IMG/VR virus record: IMGVR_UViG_640069328_000004
Origin: an uncultured virus (IMG/VR IMGVR_UViG_640069328_000004)
Lineage: Duplodnaviria; Heunggongvirae; Uroviricota; Caudoviricetes
Length of the DNA: 20,000 nt
Strand: one strand, 5' to 3'
Shown here: piece by piece, positions 1-9,300 of the stretch
Layout: each line of letters starts with the position of its first letter
How positions within the stretch are numbered: the stretch's first letter is position 1
Notes under the pieces: model-generated
What the model was told of the DNA's origin: nothing
Database searches by the model: none
The model's input: the letters and a program-made list of their open reading frames with translations, nothing else
Made by a program: the position numbers and the translations under genes

Positions 1-2
1 GC

Positions 3-1001
3 GGGCGCGCGATCCGGCAGGGGATCGAGTTCGACGCGGTGGGCCGGCGGGTGGCCTATCACTTCCATCGCCGCCATCCGGGCGATCCGACCGAGCCGGG
101 GCTTGCGGGCGAGACGGTGCGCGTGCCGGCCGAGGATGTGCTCCACATCGTCGATCCGGTCGAGAGCGGCCAGCTCCGCGGCGTCTCGCGCTTCGCGCCC
201 GCCATCGTGAAGCTCTTCCTGCTCGATCAGTACGACGATGCCGAACTCGACCGGAAGAAGGTCGCGGCCATGTATGCGATGTTCATCACCTCGAACGATC
301 CGGATGCGGCGCCGCTCGAGGGCGAGCTGGGCGATCAGGTGGCGCCGGGGCAGATCGTGCGTCTCGACCCGGGCGAGGACATGAAGGTGGCCGATCCCGC
401 GGACTCGGGCGCGACCTACGAGCCGTTCCAGTACCGCACGCTCCTGCAGGTCTCGGCCGCGCTCGGGATCCCCTACGCCCATCTCTCGCAGGACATGGTG
501 AAGGCGAACTATTCCAATGCCCGCACCGCGCTCATGGAATTCCGCCGCCGGGTCGAGGCCTTCCAGCATTCGGTCCTCGTCTATCAGCTCTGCCGTCCGG
601 TCTGGGCGCGCTTCACCGATCTCGCGGTGCTGACCGGAGCGGTGCGGCTGCCGGGCTATGAGCGCCGGAGGCGGGACTATCTCGCCTGCGAGTGGCTGCC
701 GCCGAAGTGGCAATGGGTCGATCCGCTGAAGGACATCCGCGCCGAGATCGAGGAGATCGGCGCGGGCCTCAAAAGCCGGTCGCAGGCGATCGGGGAGCGC
801 GGCTACGACGCCGAGGAGGTCGATCGCCAGATCGCCGCCGACCGCAAGCGCGAGGGGCGGCTCGGGCTCGACTTCCGCCGCAGCGCGCAGGGCTCCTCCG
901 CACCTGCGGCGCAGGACGGGGCGCGCGCCGACGAGGAGGACGACGAGGATGACGACGGCCGCGCGGCGGACCGCGACGCCGGCAGGAGGGCAGAGCCATG
1001 A
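3..1001 (+). CDS. Phage portal protein, lambda gpB family (5' truncated)
   Basis: The frame is open from base 3 (GRAIRQGIEFDAVGRRVAYH). It carries lambda-portal motifs GQLRGVS, LDQYDDAEL, ANYSNARTALMEFRR and WQWVDPLKD, and ends in an acidic low-complexity tail. Confidence 0.95.
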   Translation, partial: GRAIRQGIEFDAVGRRVAYHFHRRHPGDPTEPGLAGETVRVPAEDVLHIVDPVESGQLRGVSRFAPAIVKLFLLDQYDDAELDRKKVAAMYAMFITSNDPDAAPLEGELGDQVAPGQIVRLDPGEDMKVADPADSGATYEPFQYRTLLQVSAALGIPYAHLSQDMVKANYSNARTALMEFRRRVEAFQHSVLVYQLCRPVWARFTDLAVLTGAVRLPGYERRRRDYLACEWLPPKWQWVDPLKDIRAEIEEIGAGLKSRSQAIGERGYDAEEVDRQIAADRKREGRLGLDFRRSAQGSSAPAAQDGARADEEDDEDDDGRAADRDAGRRAEP

Positions 1002-2353
1002 ACTATCCGATGATCGCGGGCCGGGTGTTCGGCACGCCGCTGCTGGTCGATCCCGTGAAGGGCGCGGCCTTTCTGGCAGGCCTCGGCCCCCGGCTCGTGA
1101 ACGGGGCGCTCGAACTGCGCGGGCTCGAGGAGCTCGCGCCCGACCGCGTGGCCGAGGCCGGGCGGATCGCGCCGCGCGCCTCGGTGCTCCTCGACGATGC
1201 GGGCGACGCCCGCCGGGAGGCGGGCCGGCCGCTCTACCGTGTGGAGGGCGGCGTCGCGGTGATCGAGGTCACCGGCACGCTCGTTCACCGTGGCGGCTGG
1301 ATCGGCCAGTCCTCGGGGACGACCTCCTACGAGGGGCTGATGGCGCAGATCACCGCGGCCGTGGCCGATACGTCCGTGCGCGGCATCGCGCTCGAGATCG
1401 ACAGCTACGGCGGCGAGGTGGCGGGCCTCTTCGATCTGGCCGACGCGATTCGGGCCGCGCGGGCGGTGAAGCCGGTGCGCGCCTTCGTGGCCGAGGCGGC
1501 GCTCTCGGCGGCCTATGCGATTGCGAGCCAGGCCGAGCGGATCGTGCTGCCGCGCACCGGCGCCGTGGGCAGCATCGGCGTGCTTCTCGTTCATGCCGAC
1601 TTCTCGCAGGCCATGGCCGACCGCGGTGTCGCGGTCACGCTGATCCATGCCGGGCGGCACAAGGTCGACGGCAATCCCTACGAGGCCCTGCCCGAGGGGG
1701 TGCGCGCAGACCTGCAGGCCCGCGTCGAGGCCTCGCGCGCGCTCTTCGCCGAGACGGTCGCGGCCGGCCGCGGCGCGCGGCTCAGCCGACAGCAGGCGCT
1801 CGCCACCGAGGCGCAGGTCCTCGACGGCGCCGCCGCGGTGGCCGCGGGGCTGGCCGACGAGGTCTCCGATCTCCGCAGCGCCTTCGCCGCCTTCCGCGCC
1901 GAACTGTCCCATCCGCACCTTACATCCCCCCGGGCCGGCGCGCCGGCCGCAGCCAAGGAGACCCCGACCATGACCGACGAGACCACCGACCAGACCACGA
2001 CCGGCGCCGCGCGAGGTACGGCCGCAGAGGGCAGCGCGCCCCCGGTGGATGCCGCGGAAGGATCCGGCACAGCACCGGTCGCGAATGTCGCCGTGGCCGA
2101 GGCCGCCGAACTGATCGAGATCGGCCAGCAGGCGGCCCGGCTCGGCCTCACCGTCGATGTGGCCGACGCGATGCGTCGCGGTCTCTCGGCCGCAGCCCTC
2201 CGCCGCACCGTGCTCGACGGGCTGGCGGCCCGGGGCGACGGGGCCGACCTCGTGGCCCATGCCCCGACTGCGGCCGCCGGGCCGAAGGAAAGCCCGCTCC
2301 TCGCCGCCGCGCGCCGCACCGCCGAAGCGCAGGCCGCCAGCCGCCGGGCCTGA
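998..2353 (+). CDS. S49 family head maturation protease (lambda gpC-like) with C-terminal scaffolding domain
   Basis: S49/SppA motifs IDSYGGEV, ALSAAYAIAS, GAVGSIGV and AGRHKVDGNPYE. ATGA overlap with the portal stop. Confidence 0.93.
   Translation: MNYPMIAGRVFGTPLLVDPVKGAAFLAGLGPRLVNGALELRGLEELAPDRVAEAGRIAPRASVLLDDAGDARREAGRPLYRVEGGVAVIEVTGTLVHRGGWIGQSSGTTSYEGLMAQITAAVADTSVRGIALEIDSYGGEVAGLFDLADAIRAARAVKPVRAFVAEAALSAAYAIASQAERIVLPRTGAVGSIGVLLVHADFSQAMADRGVAVTLIHAGRHKVDGNPYEALPEGVRADLQARVEASRALFAETVAAGRGARLSRQQALATEAQVLDGAAAVAAGLADEVSDLRSAFAAFRAELSHPHLTSPRAGAPAAAKETPTMTDETTDQTTTGAARGTAAEGSAPPVDAAEGSGTAPVANVAVAEAAELIEIGQQAARLGLTVDVADAMRRGLSAAALRRTVLDGLAARGDGADLVAHAPTAAAGPKESPLLAAARRTAEAQAASRRA
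1970..2353 (+). CDS. Putative nested scaffolding protein (lambda Nu3-like), in-frame internal start within the protease gene
   Basis: AAGGAG at 1955-1960, then an in-frame ATG at 1970 (MTDETTDQ...), just after the protease domain ends. Same arrangement as lambda C/Nu3. Confidence 0.65.
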   Translation: MTDETTDQTTTGAARGTAAEGSAPPVDAAEGSGTAPVANVAVAEAAELIEIGQQAARLGLTVDVADAMRRGLSAAALRRTVLDGLAARGDGADLVAHAPTAAAGPKESPLLAAARRTAEAQAASRRA

Positions 2354-2485
2354 TCCGGCGGCGGGGCGCCCGAACCGCGCCCCACGCGCGCGCACCCTCT
2401 TCCTCCCGCACCGCTCCGAAGCCCCCGCATCCCCATGGACCGCGGGCGCTTCTGCACGCCCTCATCCCCGAAAGGACCCCCGACC

Positions 2486-2875
2486 ATGGCACCCCTGATC
2501 AAGCCGCCCAGCCTCGGCGATCTCGTGAAGTACGAGCTCGAGCCGAACTTCACCCGCGAGACGGTCACGCTGCGGGCCGGCACCGCCTATCCGCTGGGCG
2601 CCGTCCTGGGCCTCGTCGCCACCGGCCCCGACGCCGGCCGGTTCGCCTTCGCCGCGGACGCGGCCGAGACCGGCGAGACCGCGGCCGCCGCCGTCCTCCT
2701 TGAGCCGGTCGACGCGACGGACGGCGAACGCCGCGGCACCGTCCTGCGCCGCGGCCCCGCGATCCTCTCCCGCGCGGAGCTGGTCTTCGACCCGACCCTC
2801 GAGGAGGAGAGCCAGCGGGCCGGCCGGATCGCCGAGCTCACCGACCTCGGCCTCGTCGTCCGCGACACGGCCTGA
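2486..2875 (+). CDS. Head decoration protein (lambda gpD-like)
   Basis: Lies between protease and capsid genes. AAAGGA SD upstream of ATG 2486. Sequence LGDLVKYE...TRETVTL...GAVLG...AAAVLL...RGPA is typical of the family. Confidence 0.85.
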   Translation: MAPLIKPPSLGDLVKYELEPNFTRETVTLRAGTAYPLGAVLGLVATGPDAGRFAFAADAAETGETAAAAVLLEPVDATDGERRGTVLRRGPAILSRAELVFDPTLEEESQRAGRIAELTDLGLVVRDTA

Positions 2876-2955
2876 GCCCCGGCCGCCCTCCCGTCCCATC
2901 CATTCTCACCGGCAGCCCGCCCGGCGCCGATCCCCGTTCCTGAAGGAGCCCGATC

Positions 2956-3978
2956 ATGACGATCACCCGCAATCCGTTCGACGCCGGCGGCTATTCGCTG
3001 GCCGAGATGACCCAGGCCATCAACATCCTGCCGAACCTCTACACCCGCCTCGGCCAGATGGGCCTCTTCCAGTTCGAGGGCGTGACCCAGCGCAGCGTGA
3101 TCATCGAGCAGGCCGAGGGCGTGCTCTCGCTGCTGCCTTCCCAGCCCTGGGGCGGGCCCGCGACCGTTGGCGGCCGCGAGCGCCGCTCGATGCGCTCCTT
3201 CGCGCTGCCCCACATTCCGCATGACGACGTGATCACCGCGGCCGATGTGCAGGGCCAGCCCGCGCTGGGGTCGACCGGGCAGGCCGATCCCCTGGCCGAG
3301 GTCATGACGCGTAAGCTCGCGCTCATGCGCCGCAAGCACGCGGCGACGCGGGAATATATGGAGATGAACGCGCTCCGCGGCGTGGTGAAGGACGGGGCCG
3401 GCCTCACGCTCTACGACTACTTCGCCGAGTTCGGCCTCGTGCAGATCTCGGTGGACTTCCTCCTCGGCACGGCCGGGACGAACGTCCAGGCCAAGTGCCG
3501 TGAGGTGCTGCGGGCGGTCGAGGAGGAGCTCAAGGGCGAGTCCATGACCGGCGTCACCGCCCTCGTGAGCCCCGAGTTCTTCGACAAGCTGATCGGCCAT
3601 CCGAAGGTCGAGGAGGCCTACAAATACTATGCCTCGAGCGGGGCGCAGCCGCTGCGGCAGGACGTGCGGCGGAGCTTTCCCTTCGCGGGCCTCCTCTTCG
3701 AGGAATATGTGGGCTCGGTCACGCTCGCAGGCGGTGCCTCCGAGCGGCTGGTGCCGGCACAGGAGGGCACGGCCTTCCCGCTCGGCACGATGGACACGTT
3801 CCGCACCTACGGCGCCCCGGCCGATCTTCTGGAAGCCGTCAACACCATCGGCCAGCCGATCTATGCCCGCCAGCTCCTCGATCCGAAGGGACGCTGGATC
3901 GACCTCATGACCGAGGCCAACATCCTGCCGGTCAACAAGCGCCCGCGCCTCGCGGTGCGGATCCTGACCTCGAACTGA
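2956..3978 (+). CDS. Major capsid protein (lambda gpE family)
   Basis: 340 aa with AAGGAG SD. Motifs MTQAINILPN, PHIPHDDVI, TREYMEMNALRG and EANILPVNKRP. Confidence 0.95.
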   Translation: MTITRNPFDAGGYSLAEMTQAINILPNLYTRLGQMGLFQFEGVTQRSVIIEQAEGVLSLLPSQPWGGPATVGGRERRSMRSFALPHIPHDDVITAADVQGQPALGSTGQADPLAEVMTRKLALMRRKHAATREYMEMNALRGVVKDGAGLTLYDYFAEFGLVQISVDFLLGTAGTNVQAKCREVLRAVEEELKGESMTGVTALVSPEFFDKLIGHPKVEEAYKYYASSGAQPLRQDVRRSFPFAGLLFEEYVGSVTLAGGASERLVPAQEGTAFPLGTMDTFRTYGAPADLLEAVNTIGQPIYARQLLDPKGRWIDLMTEANILPVNKRPRLAVRILTSN

Positions 3979-3988
3979 GCCGGCCGCC

Positions 3989-4315
3989 ATGTCCGGCCTC
4001 TTCGAGGGCATGGGCGCGACCCTGACCGCCCTCTTCGGCGCGCCCGCGCGCTACCTGCCGCAGGGCGGGCCCGCGCGCGACGTGCCCTCGATCTTCCGCG
4101 AGGAGCAGGTCGAGGCCGAGGATCCGGAGGGGCGCATCGTGCTCGTCATGGCGCCCACCTGGCGGGTGCGCCGCGATCTGGTCCCCGAGCTCGCGCGGCG
4201 GGACCGGATCCGGCTGGCGGACGGCCGGGTCTATGAGGTGGATGAGATCTGGCCGCCCGCCACCCCGGCGGCCGATGCGCTCACGCGTTGCACCCTGCGG
4301 AAGGTCGCGCCATGA
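3989..4315 (+). CDS. Putative head-tail joining/closure protein (gpFII-like)
   Basis: 108 aa directly after the capsid gene. Its beta-rich C-terminus (RDRIRLADGRVYEV) resembles head-tail joining proteins. Confidence 0.65.
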   Translation: MSGLFEGMGATLTALFGAPARYLPQGGPARDVPSIFREEQVEAEDPEGRIVLVMAPTWRVRRDLVPELARRDRIRLADGRVYEVDEIWPPATPAADALTRCTLRKVAP

Positions 4316-4734
4316 CCGGGCGCATCCGCTTCCGTCAGATCGCCCGCGCGGCGCTCGCCGCCGATCCGCGCATGGGCAGCTTCTCGCAGATCTCCGCCTG
4401 GGAGGCGCGCCCCGACGCGGGCCGCCTGCCGCTCCTGATGGTGGTGACGCCGGTCGAGCGGGCGGCGCAAACCACGCTCTCGGCCTTCGAGCGCGCGACC
4501 GTCCTTCAGGTGGGCGTGAAGCGGCTCGGCAGCGACGATCTCGAGGATCTCCTCGACGCGGATGCGGATGCCGTCGAGGGCGCGATCTGCCGGGCGTTCC
4601 AGCAGGCGGCCATCGTCTGCCTGCCCGAGGAGGTGACGGTCACGCTCAACACGGACGGCGAGCAGGCCGTGGGCACGCTGATCTCGAGCTTCCGCATCGT
4701 CTGGCGCAGGCCGATCCCGCGGCCCGCGCCCTGA
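4312..4734 (+). CDS. Putative tail terminator/completion protein (gpU-like)
   Basis: ATGA overlap with the previous gene, 140 aa, placed just before the tail tube gene. Function inferred mainly from position. Confidence 0.55.
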   Translation: MTGRIRFRQIARAALAADPRMGSFSQISAWEARPDAGRLPLLMVVTPVERAAQTTLSAFERATVLQVGVKRLGSDDLEDLLDADADAVEGAICRAFQQAAIVCLPEEVTVTLNTDGEQAVGTLISSFRIVWRRPIPRPAP

Positions 4735-4844
4735 CCTTGCCCCGGCCCGCGGGCTGGCCTCGGCCGAAAAGCGGGCGATCCATTGCAACCGGGCCTCGCG
4801 CACCCCGCACCGCGGGCCGCGGCCCCTGCCGAAAGGGCAACACC

Positions 4845-5315
4845 ATGAACGATACCGTCACGCCGGGCATCGGCACGCTGATCTATGCCTCGACCGCGCT
4901 GCCCGCCGCCGCCACCGACACGGCCTATGGGGCGCTCACCTGGACTGCGGTGGGCGAGGTCACCGAAGTGCCCGAATACGGCGGCTCGGCCGAGGTGGTG
5001 AACCACACGCCGCTCGCGACCGGCATCACCCAGAAATACCACGGCGCGGTGAACTACGGCTCGATGCAGATCCCGCTCGCCTTCAACAGCACCGACGCGG
5101 GCCAGGCCATCCTCGAGGCCGCGCGGAAGAACCGCAACCGCATCGCCTTCAAGATCGCCTTCCCGAAGATCGACCCGCTCTCCACCGAGGGGGCGGCCGA
5201 TTACTTCCAGGGCAAGGTCTTCGGCTTCACCAAGAGCGCGCCCGCCAACGGCGTCGTCTCGGGATCGGTGACCGTCGAGATCGAGACCGAGCTCACCTCG
5301 GTCGAGGAGGCCTGA
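4845..5315 (+). CDS. Major tail tube protein
   Basis: ATG 4845 lies inside the 4233..5315 ORF. Motifs WTAVGEVTEVPEYGGSAEVVNHTPL, KYHGAVNYGSM and DAGQAIL are typical of siphovirus tail tubes. Confidence 0.88.
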   Translation: MNDTVTPGIGTLIYASTALPAAATDTAYGALTWTAVGEVTEVPEYGGSAEVVNHTPLATGITQKYHGAVNYGSMQIPLAFNSTDAGQAILEAARKNRNRIAFKIAFPKIDPLSTEGAADYFQGKVFGFTKSAPANGVVSGSVTVEIETELTSVEEA

Positions 5316-5328
5316 GCCTCCCCCCGGA

Positions 5329-5350
5329 TCCCGCCCGGCGACGGGCGGGA
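5329..5350 (+). terminator. Stable hairpin after the tail tube gene (mRNA stabiliser or attenuator)
   Basis: TCCCGCCCG-GCGA-CGGGCGGGA forms a 9-bp stem with a GNRA tetraloop. There is no U-tract, so termination is uncertain. Confidence 0.45.
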
Positions 5351-5410
5351 CCGGCCGCGGCCGACGCGGTTCATCGGCGGCGGTCCCCCTGAACCGGAAC
5401 CCCAAGGATC

Positions 5411-5857
5411 ATGCACATGGACTTCACCCAGTTCGACAGCCGCACCGCGGCCGAAACCGCCCGCCCGCTCCATCTCCGCCACCCGGCCACGGGCCGGCTC
5501 CTCTTCGCCGACGAGGCCGAAGCGAAGCCCTGCGAGGTGCTGGTGCTCGGCTCCGAGAGCCGTGCCGCACAGGCCGCGATCCGCGCCGCGCAGAAGGCAC
5601 GGCTCAAGACCGACCGCGACGACGAGCGCCAGACCATGGAGGAGGTCCATGCGAACCTCGTCGCCGCTGCAAAGCCCTTGGTCGCGGGCTTCCGCAACGT
5701 GAACCGCGGCGAGTCGCCCGCCGGCCCGGCCGACGCCGAATGGTTCCTGAACCTCAACCTGATCACCGGCCGCGAGGGCGAGAAGAGCTTCGTCGAGCAG
5801 GTCATGGGCTTCGCCACCAGCCGCGCGAACTACCTGGGAAACGGCTCGCCCGACTGA
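5411..5857 (+). CDS. Tail assembly chaperone (lambda gpG analogue)
   Basis: Lies between tail tube and tape measure genes, with AAGGA SD. Ends ...NYLGNGSPD with a slippery heptamer at the GN codons. Confidence 0.85.
   Translation: MHMDFTQFDSRTAAETARPLHLRHPATGRLLFADEAEAKPCEVLVLGSESRAAQAAIRAAQKARLKTDRDDERQTMEEVHANLVAAAKPLVAGFRNVNRGESPAGPADAEWFLNLNLITGREGEKSFVEQVMGFATSRANYLGNGSPD
5836..5842 (+). promoter_or_regulatory. Programmed -1 ribosomal frameshift site G GGA AAC
   Basis: X XXY YYZ heptamer correctly phased in the 5411 frame (CTG GGA AAC). The -1 frame is open to 6282. Confidence 0.85.
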
Positions 5858-6282
5858 CGCTCTATGCGCGGCAGACGGGCTTCCTGCAGGCCACGCCGGA
5901 GAAAGCGAAGCGGACCCGGATGGAAGATCTGCGGGCGGCCCGGCGGCCGCTCGGCCTGCCCGAGATCGAGGCCGGGAAGTATCTGATCGCCTGCCTCACC
6001 GCCGAGGACGGTCTCGGCTGGTGCGCGACAGACCCGATGGGCGGGCTCGCCCCGCATTCCTGGGCCGAGATCGAGGCCTACAGCCGCGCGGCCGGCCTCG
6101 ACCTCGAGCCCTGGGAGGCGCGCCAGATCCGCGCCATGTCGGCCGCCTATGTCGAGGGCCGGATCGAGGGCCGGAAGAAGAACGGCGTGGCGCCGACCTT
6201 CTCCGGCGGAGAGGCCGCGAGGAAGCGCGAGCTGGCTCAGGCCATCAGGGCGCAGATGCGGCTGGCGCAGGCGCCAGCGTGA
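5842..6282 (+). CDS. C-terminal extension of the tail chaperone (gpT analogue), expressed as a G-T fusion
   Basis: Part of ORF 5740..6282 in the -1 frame. Contains the SWAEIEAY...LEPWEARQIRAMSAAYV motif of alphaproteobacterial chaperone extensions. Confidence 0.82.
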   Translation, partial: RLARLTLYARQTGFLQATPEKAKRTRMEDLRAARRPLGLPEIEAGKYLIACLTAEDGLGWCATDPMGGLAPHSWAEIEAYSRAAGLDLEPWEARQIRAMSAAYVEGRIEGRKKNGVAPTFSGGEAARKRELAQAIRAQMRLAQAPA

Positions 6283-6295
6283 CAGTCCGCAGCTG

Positions 6296-6316
6296 GCCGC
6301 CCTTCGGGGCGGCTTT
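6296..6316 (+). terminator. Intrinsic terminator-like hairpin before the tape measure gene
   Basis: GCCGCCC-TTCG-GGGCGGC-TTT: C(UUCG)G tetraloop with a short U tract. Confidence 0.6.
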
Positions 6317-6330
6317 ATCGTGAGGAACCC

Positions 6331-9300
6331 ATGTCCATGTCCAATGTCGGCGCCATGCGCGCCACCCTCGGCCTCGACGTCTCTCAGTTCGAGAACCGGG
6401 CCCAGTCCGCCAGCCGGACCGCAAAGCAGATGTCCGACGCCATGGCCCGGGCGTTCCAGGTTGCGAAGGCCTCTGCCATGGGCGGCGCCCGGAGCTTCGA
6501 GGAGTTGCGGGCCTCGATCGATCCGACCTTCGCCGCGACGCAACGCTATGCCGTCATCCAGCGCGAGCTCGCAGGCATGGTGGAGAGCGGCGCCGCCAGC
6601 CAGCGCGCGGCGAACCTCGTCCTCGAGCAGGCGGCGGCGAAGTACATGGGGGTGGAGACGGCGGCCGAGCGGACGGCACGGGCGCAGCGAGAGACATCTG
6701 CCGCGGCGGACGCGGCCGCCCGCGGCTATACCGCGCTCCGGGCGCAGGTCGATCCGCTCTATGCGGCCTCGAAGCGGTACGAGCAGGCGCTCGAGACGCT
6801 GAATGCGGCGCAGGCGGCGGGGGTCATCGGCGATCAGGAACGCGCGCGGACGCTCAAGCTGCTCGACGCCCAGATGATCTCGGCGGATCGTGCGACGGCG
6901 GCGGCCACACAGGGCATCGGCCGGTTCACGCCCGCGATCACCAATGCCTCGTTTCAGGTGCAGGACTTCGCGGTGCAGGTCGCCTCGGGTCAGTCGGCGA
7001 TGATCGCCTTCACCCAGCAGGCGCCCCAGCTTCTTGGCGCCTTCGGATTCTCCGGGAAGCTGGCCCTGATCGGGGCGGGCCTCGGGACGATCCTCGCGAT
7101 CGGCGCCGCCCTTGTGCCCGTGTTCCAGCGCATGGCCGCCGGGACCGCGGGACTGAAGGAAAAGATCGACGATCTGACGAAGTCGGTGGACGGCTACAAG
7201 AGCGCCTCGGGACGCGCCCACAAGTCGGCCATGGAACTCACCGCCGAGTTCGGCGCCAACGCCGCGAGCGCGCGGGAGGCCTACACCGCTCTGCAGAGCC
7301 TGGCGCAACTCACCGCCGTGCAGGATCTTCGCAAGGCCATGGAGGGCATCGGGGACGCCATTCCCTCGTCCTTCGGTCGCCTTGTATCGCAGCTGGATGC
7401 CACGGGCCGCGTCGGGGCGCAGGCCGCCGCCAACCTCCGCACTCAGTTCGGGCTGACCGCGGAGGAAGGGAAGCGTCTCGCCGAGGCCATCCACGCCGTG
7501 GGAGCCTCCTCCGGCCCCGAGGAGGCGGCAAAGCGCGCGGCCGAGCTTCATCGGACGATGGTCGACGTGTTCGGAGCGGTGGAATCCATCCCGCCCGAGT
7601 TCCAGACTCTCGCGCGCCTCGCGGCCGAGGGCAATGTCGCGGCTCTGCAGTTGCTCGGGACCATGAACGGCCTGACCGGCAGCATCTCCTCTGCGGCATC
7701 GGAAGCGGCGCGGCTGGCTTCAAACCTCGGCTCCGCGGCCAACAGCGCCGCGGCGGAGGCCTCGCGCCAGATCTCGATCATCGATGCGCAGATGGCCGCG
7801 ATCCGCGCCGGTCAGGACGAGGTGATCGCGGGCAAGCGCGCAGCCATCGATCTGGATCGGCAGGCCTATGTGGCGGCGAAGATGGCGGCGGGCATGGATG
7901 CGGATCGCGCCGAGTCTCTCGCGTCGCAGGTCTTCGCCTCGCAGGAGATCCTCGCCGTCCGGGAAGAGGAGCTGCGGGCGATGCAGAAAGCCCGCTCGGA
8001 GGCCGAGAAGGTCGCCAACGGAGGCGCCAAGGCGGCTGCGGCGGAGGCGAAGGCGCTGGACAAGAGCGCCCGGAAATACCTCGAGATGATCGACCCGATG
8101 GAGAAGTATCGCCGGAAACAGGCCGAGCTGAAGAAGCTCCTCGATGCCGGCAGGATCTCGGCGGACCAGTATCGGCGGGCACTGGCAGAGATCGCGGCCG
8201 AGATGGGCGAGAATAACCCCGTGTTCGAGGAGTTCCGCAGCGCCGTCGGGAGCGCGGTCGACTGGATGCTCGACGGCTTCCGCGGCGGCTTCGACGGCCT
8301 CCTCGACATCGCGAAGACCACGCTGAAGCAGATCATCGGCATGTTCATGACGAACCGGATCACGCTCTCGCTCGGCCTCGGGGTCTCGGGCGCGGCCGCA
8401 GGCGCTGCCGGGGCAGCCGTTGCGGGCGCGGGCGGCATGGGCACTCTCGGCGCGCTCGGCGGCATCGCGAGCGGGATCAATGCGGTGCTCGGCGGCATCG
8501 GCGGCGCGCTTTCCGCCTTCGGCACCGGCGCCTGGGGCGCGCTCTCGAACTTTGCAACGGGCGGCCTGTCCGGCGGCCTGGCCTATATCGGCAGCTCCCT
8601 GAACTTTGCCACGAGCGGTCTGGTCGGGTTCGCGCAGGCGGCGGGCGCGATCCTCGGCCCCATTGCCGCCGTGGCGGCGGCCTTCTCCTTCTTCGGCTCG
8701 AAGACGAAGCTCCTCGATGCAGGCCTGCGCGTCACGGTGCGCGAGCTGAATGCGATGGTGGAGAGCTACCGGAAGGTCGAGAAGTCCCGGTTCGGCGGGC
8801 TCTCGAAGTCGCGGCGCACGAGCTACGGCCTCGCGGACGGTGCGGTGGCCGGCCCCATCGTCAAGGCCGTGAGCCAGATGCAGGCCTCGGTCATGGATGT
8901 GGCGGACACGCTCGGCATCGGGGCCGAGGCCTTCAAGGGCTTTGCGGCCTCCGTGAAGTTCTCGACCAAGGGGCTCTCCGACGAGGAGATCGGGGCGAAG
9001 CTGCAGGAGAAGCTCACCGAGCTCGGCGACAACTTCGCCGCCCGCGCCTTCGGCTATGTCGGAAAGAACGACCAGGCGATCCGGGACCTCGAGAAGCGGA
9101 TCGCGGAGGGGACGTCCGATGCGGTGGTGAGCGGGCTCAAGGGATCCCTCGGCGACAAGATTCTCTCCGCCTTCCTCGGCCGAAAGATGCAGGGCGACCT
9201 GGCCGACCTGATCGCGGGCAACACGCTCGTCTCGACCCGCCCCGAGCTCGCCGCTCTGGTCAAGGAGGGCGAGAGCTTCGTCGAGGCCCTGCAGCGGCTG

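Noticed and set aside
803..4011. Alternative-frame ORFs 803..2395 (-), 949..2703 (+), 1678..2583 (-), 2587..4011 (-)
   Set aside because: They overlap clear head genes. Stop-codon scarcity at high GC explains them.
4233..4844. N-terminal 204 aa of the 360-aa ORF
   Set aside because: It overlaps two real genes in other frames. The tail tube sequence begins at ATG 4845.
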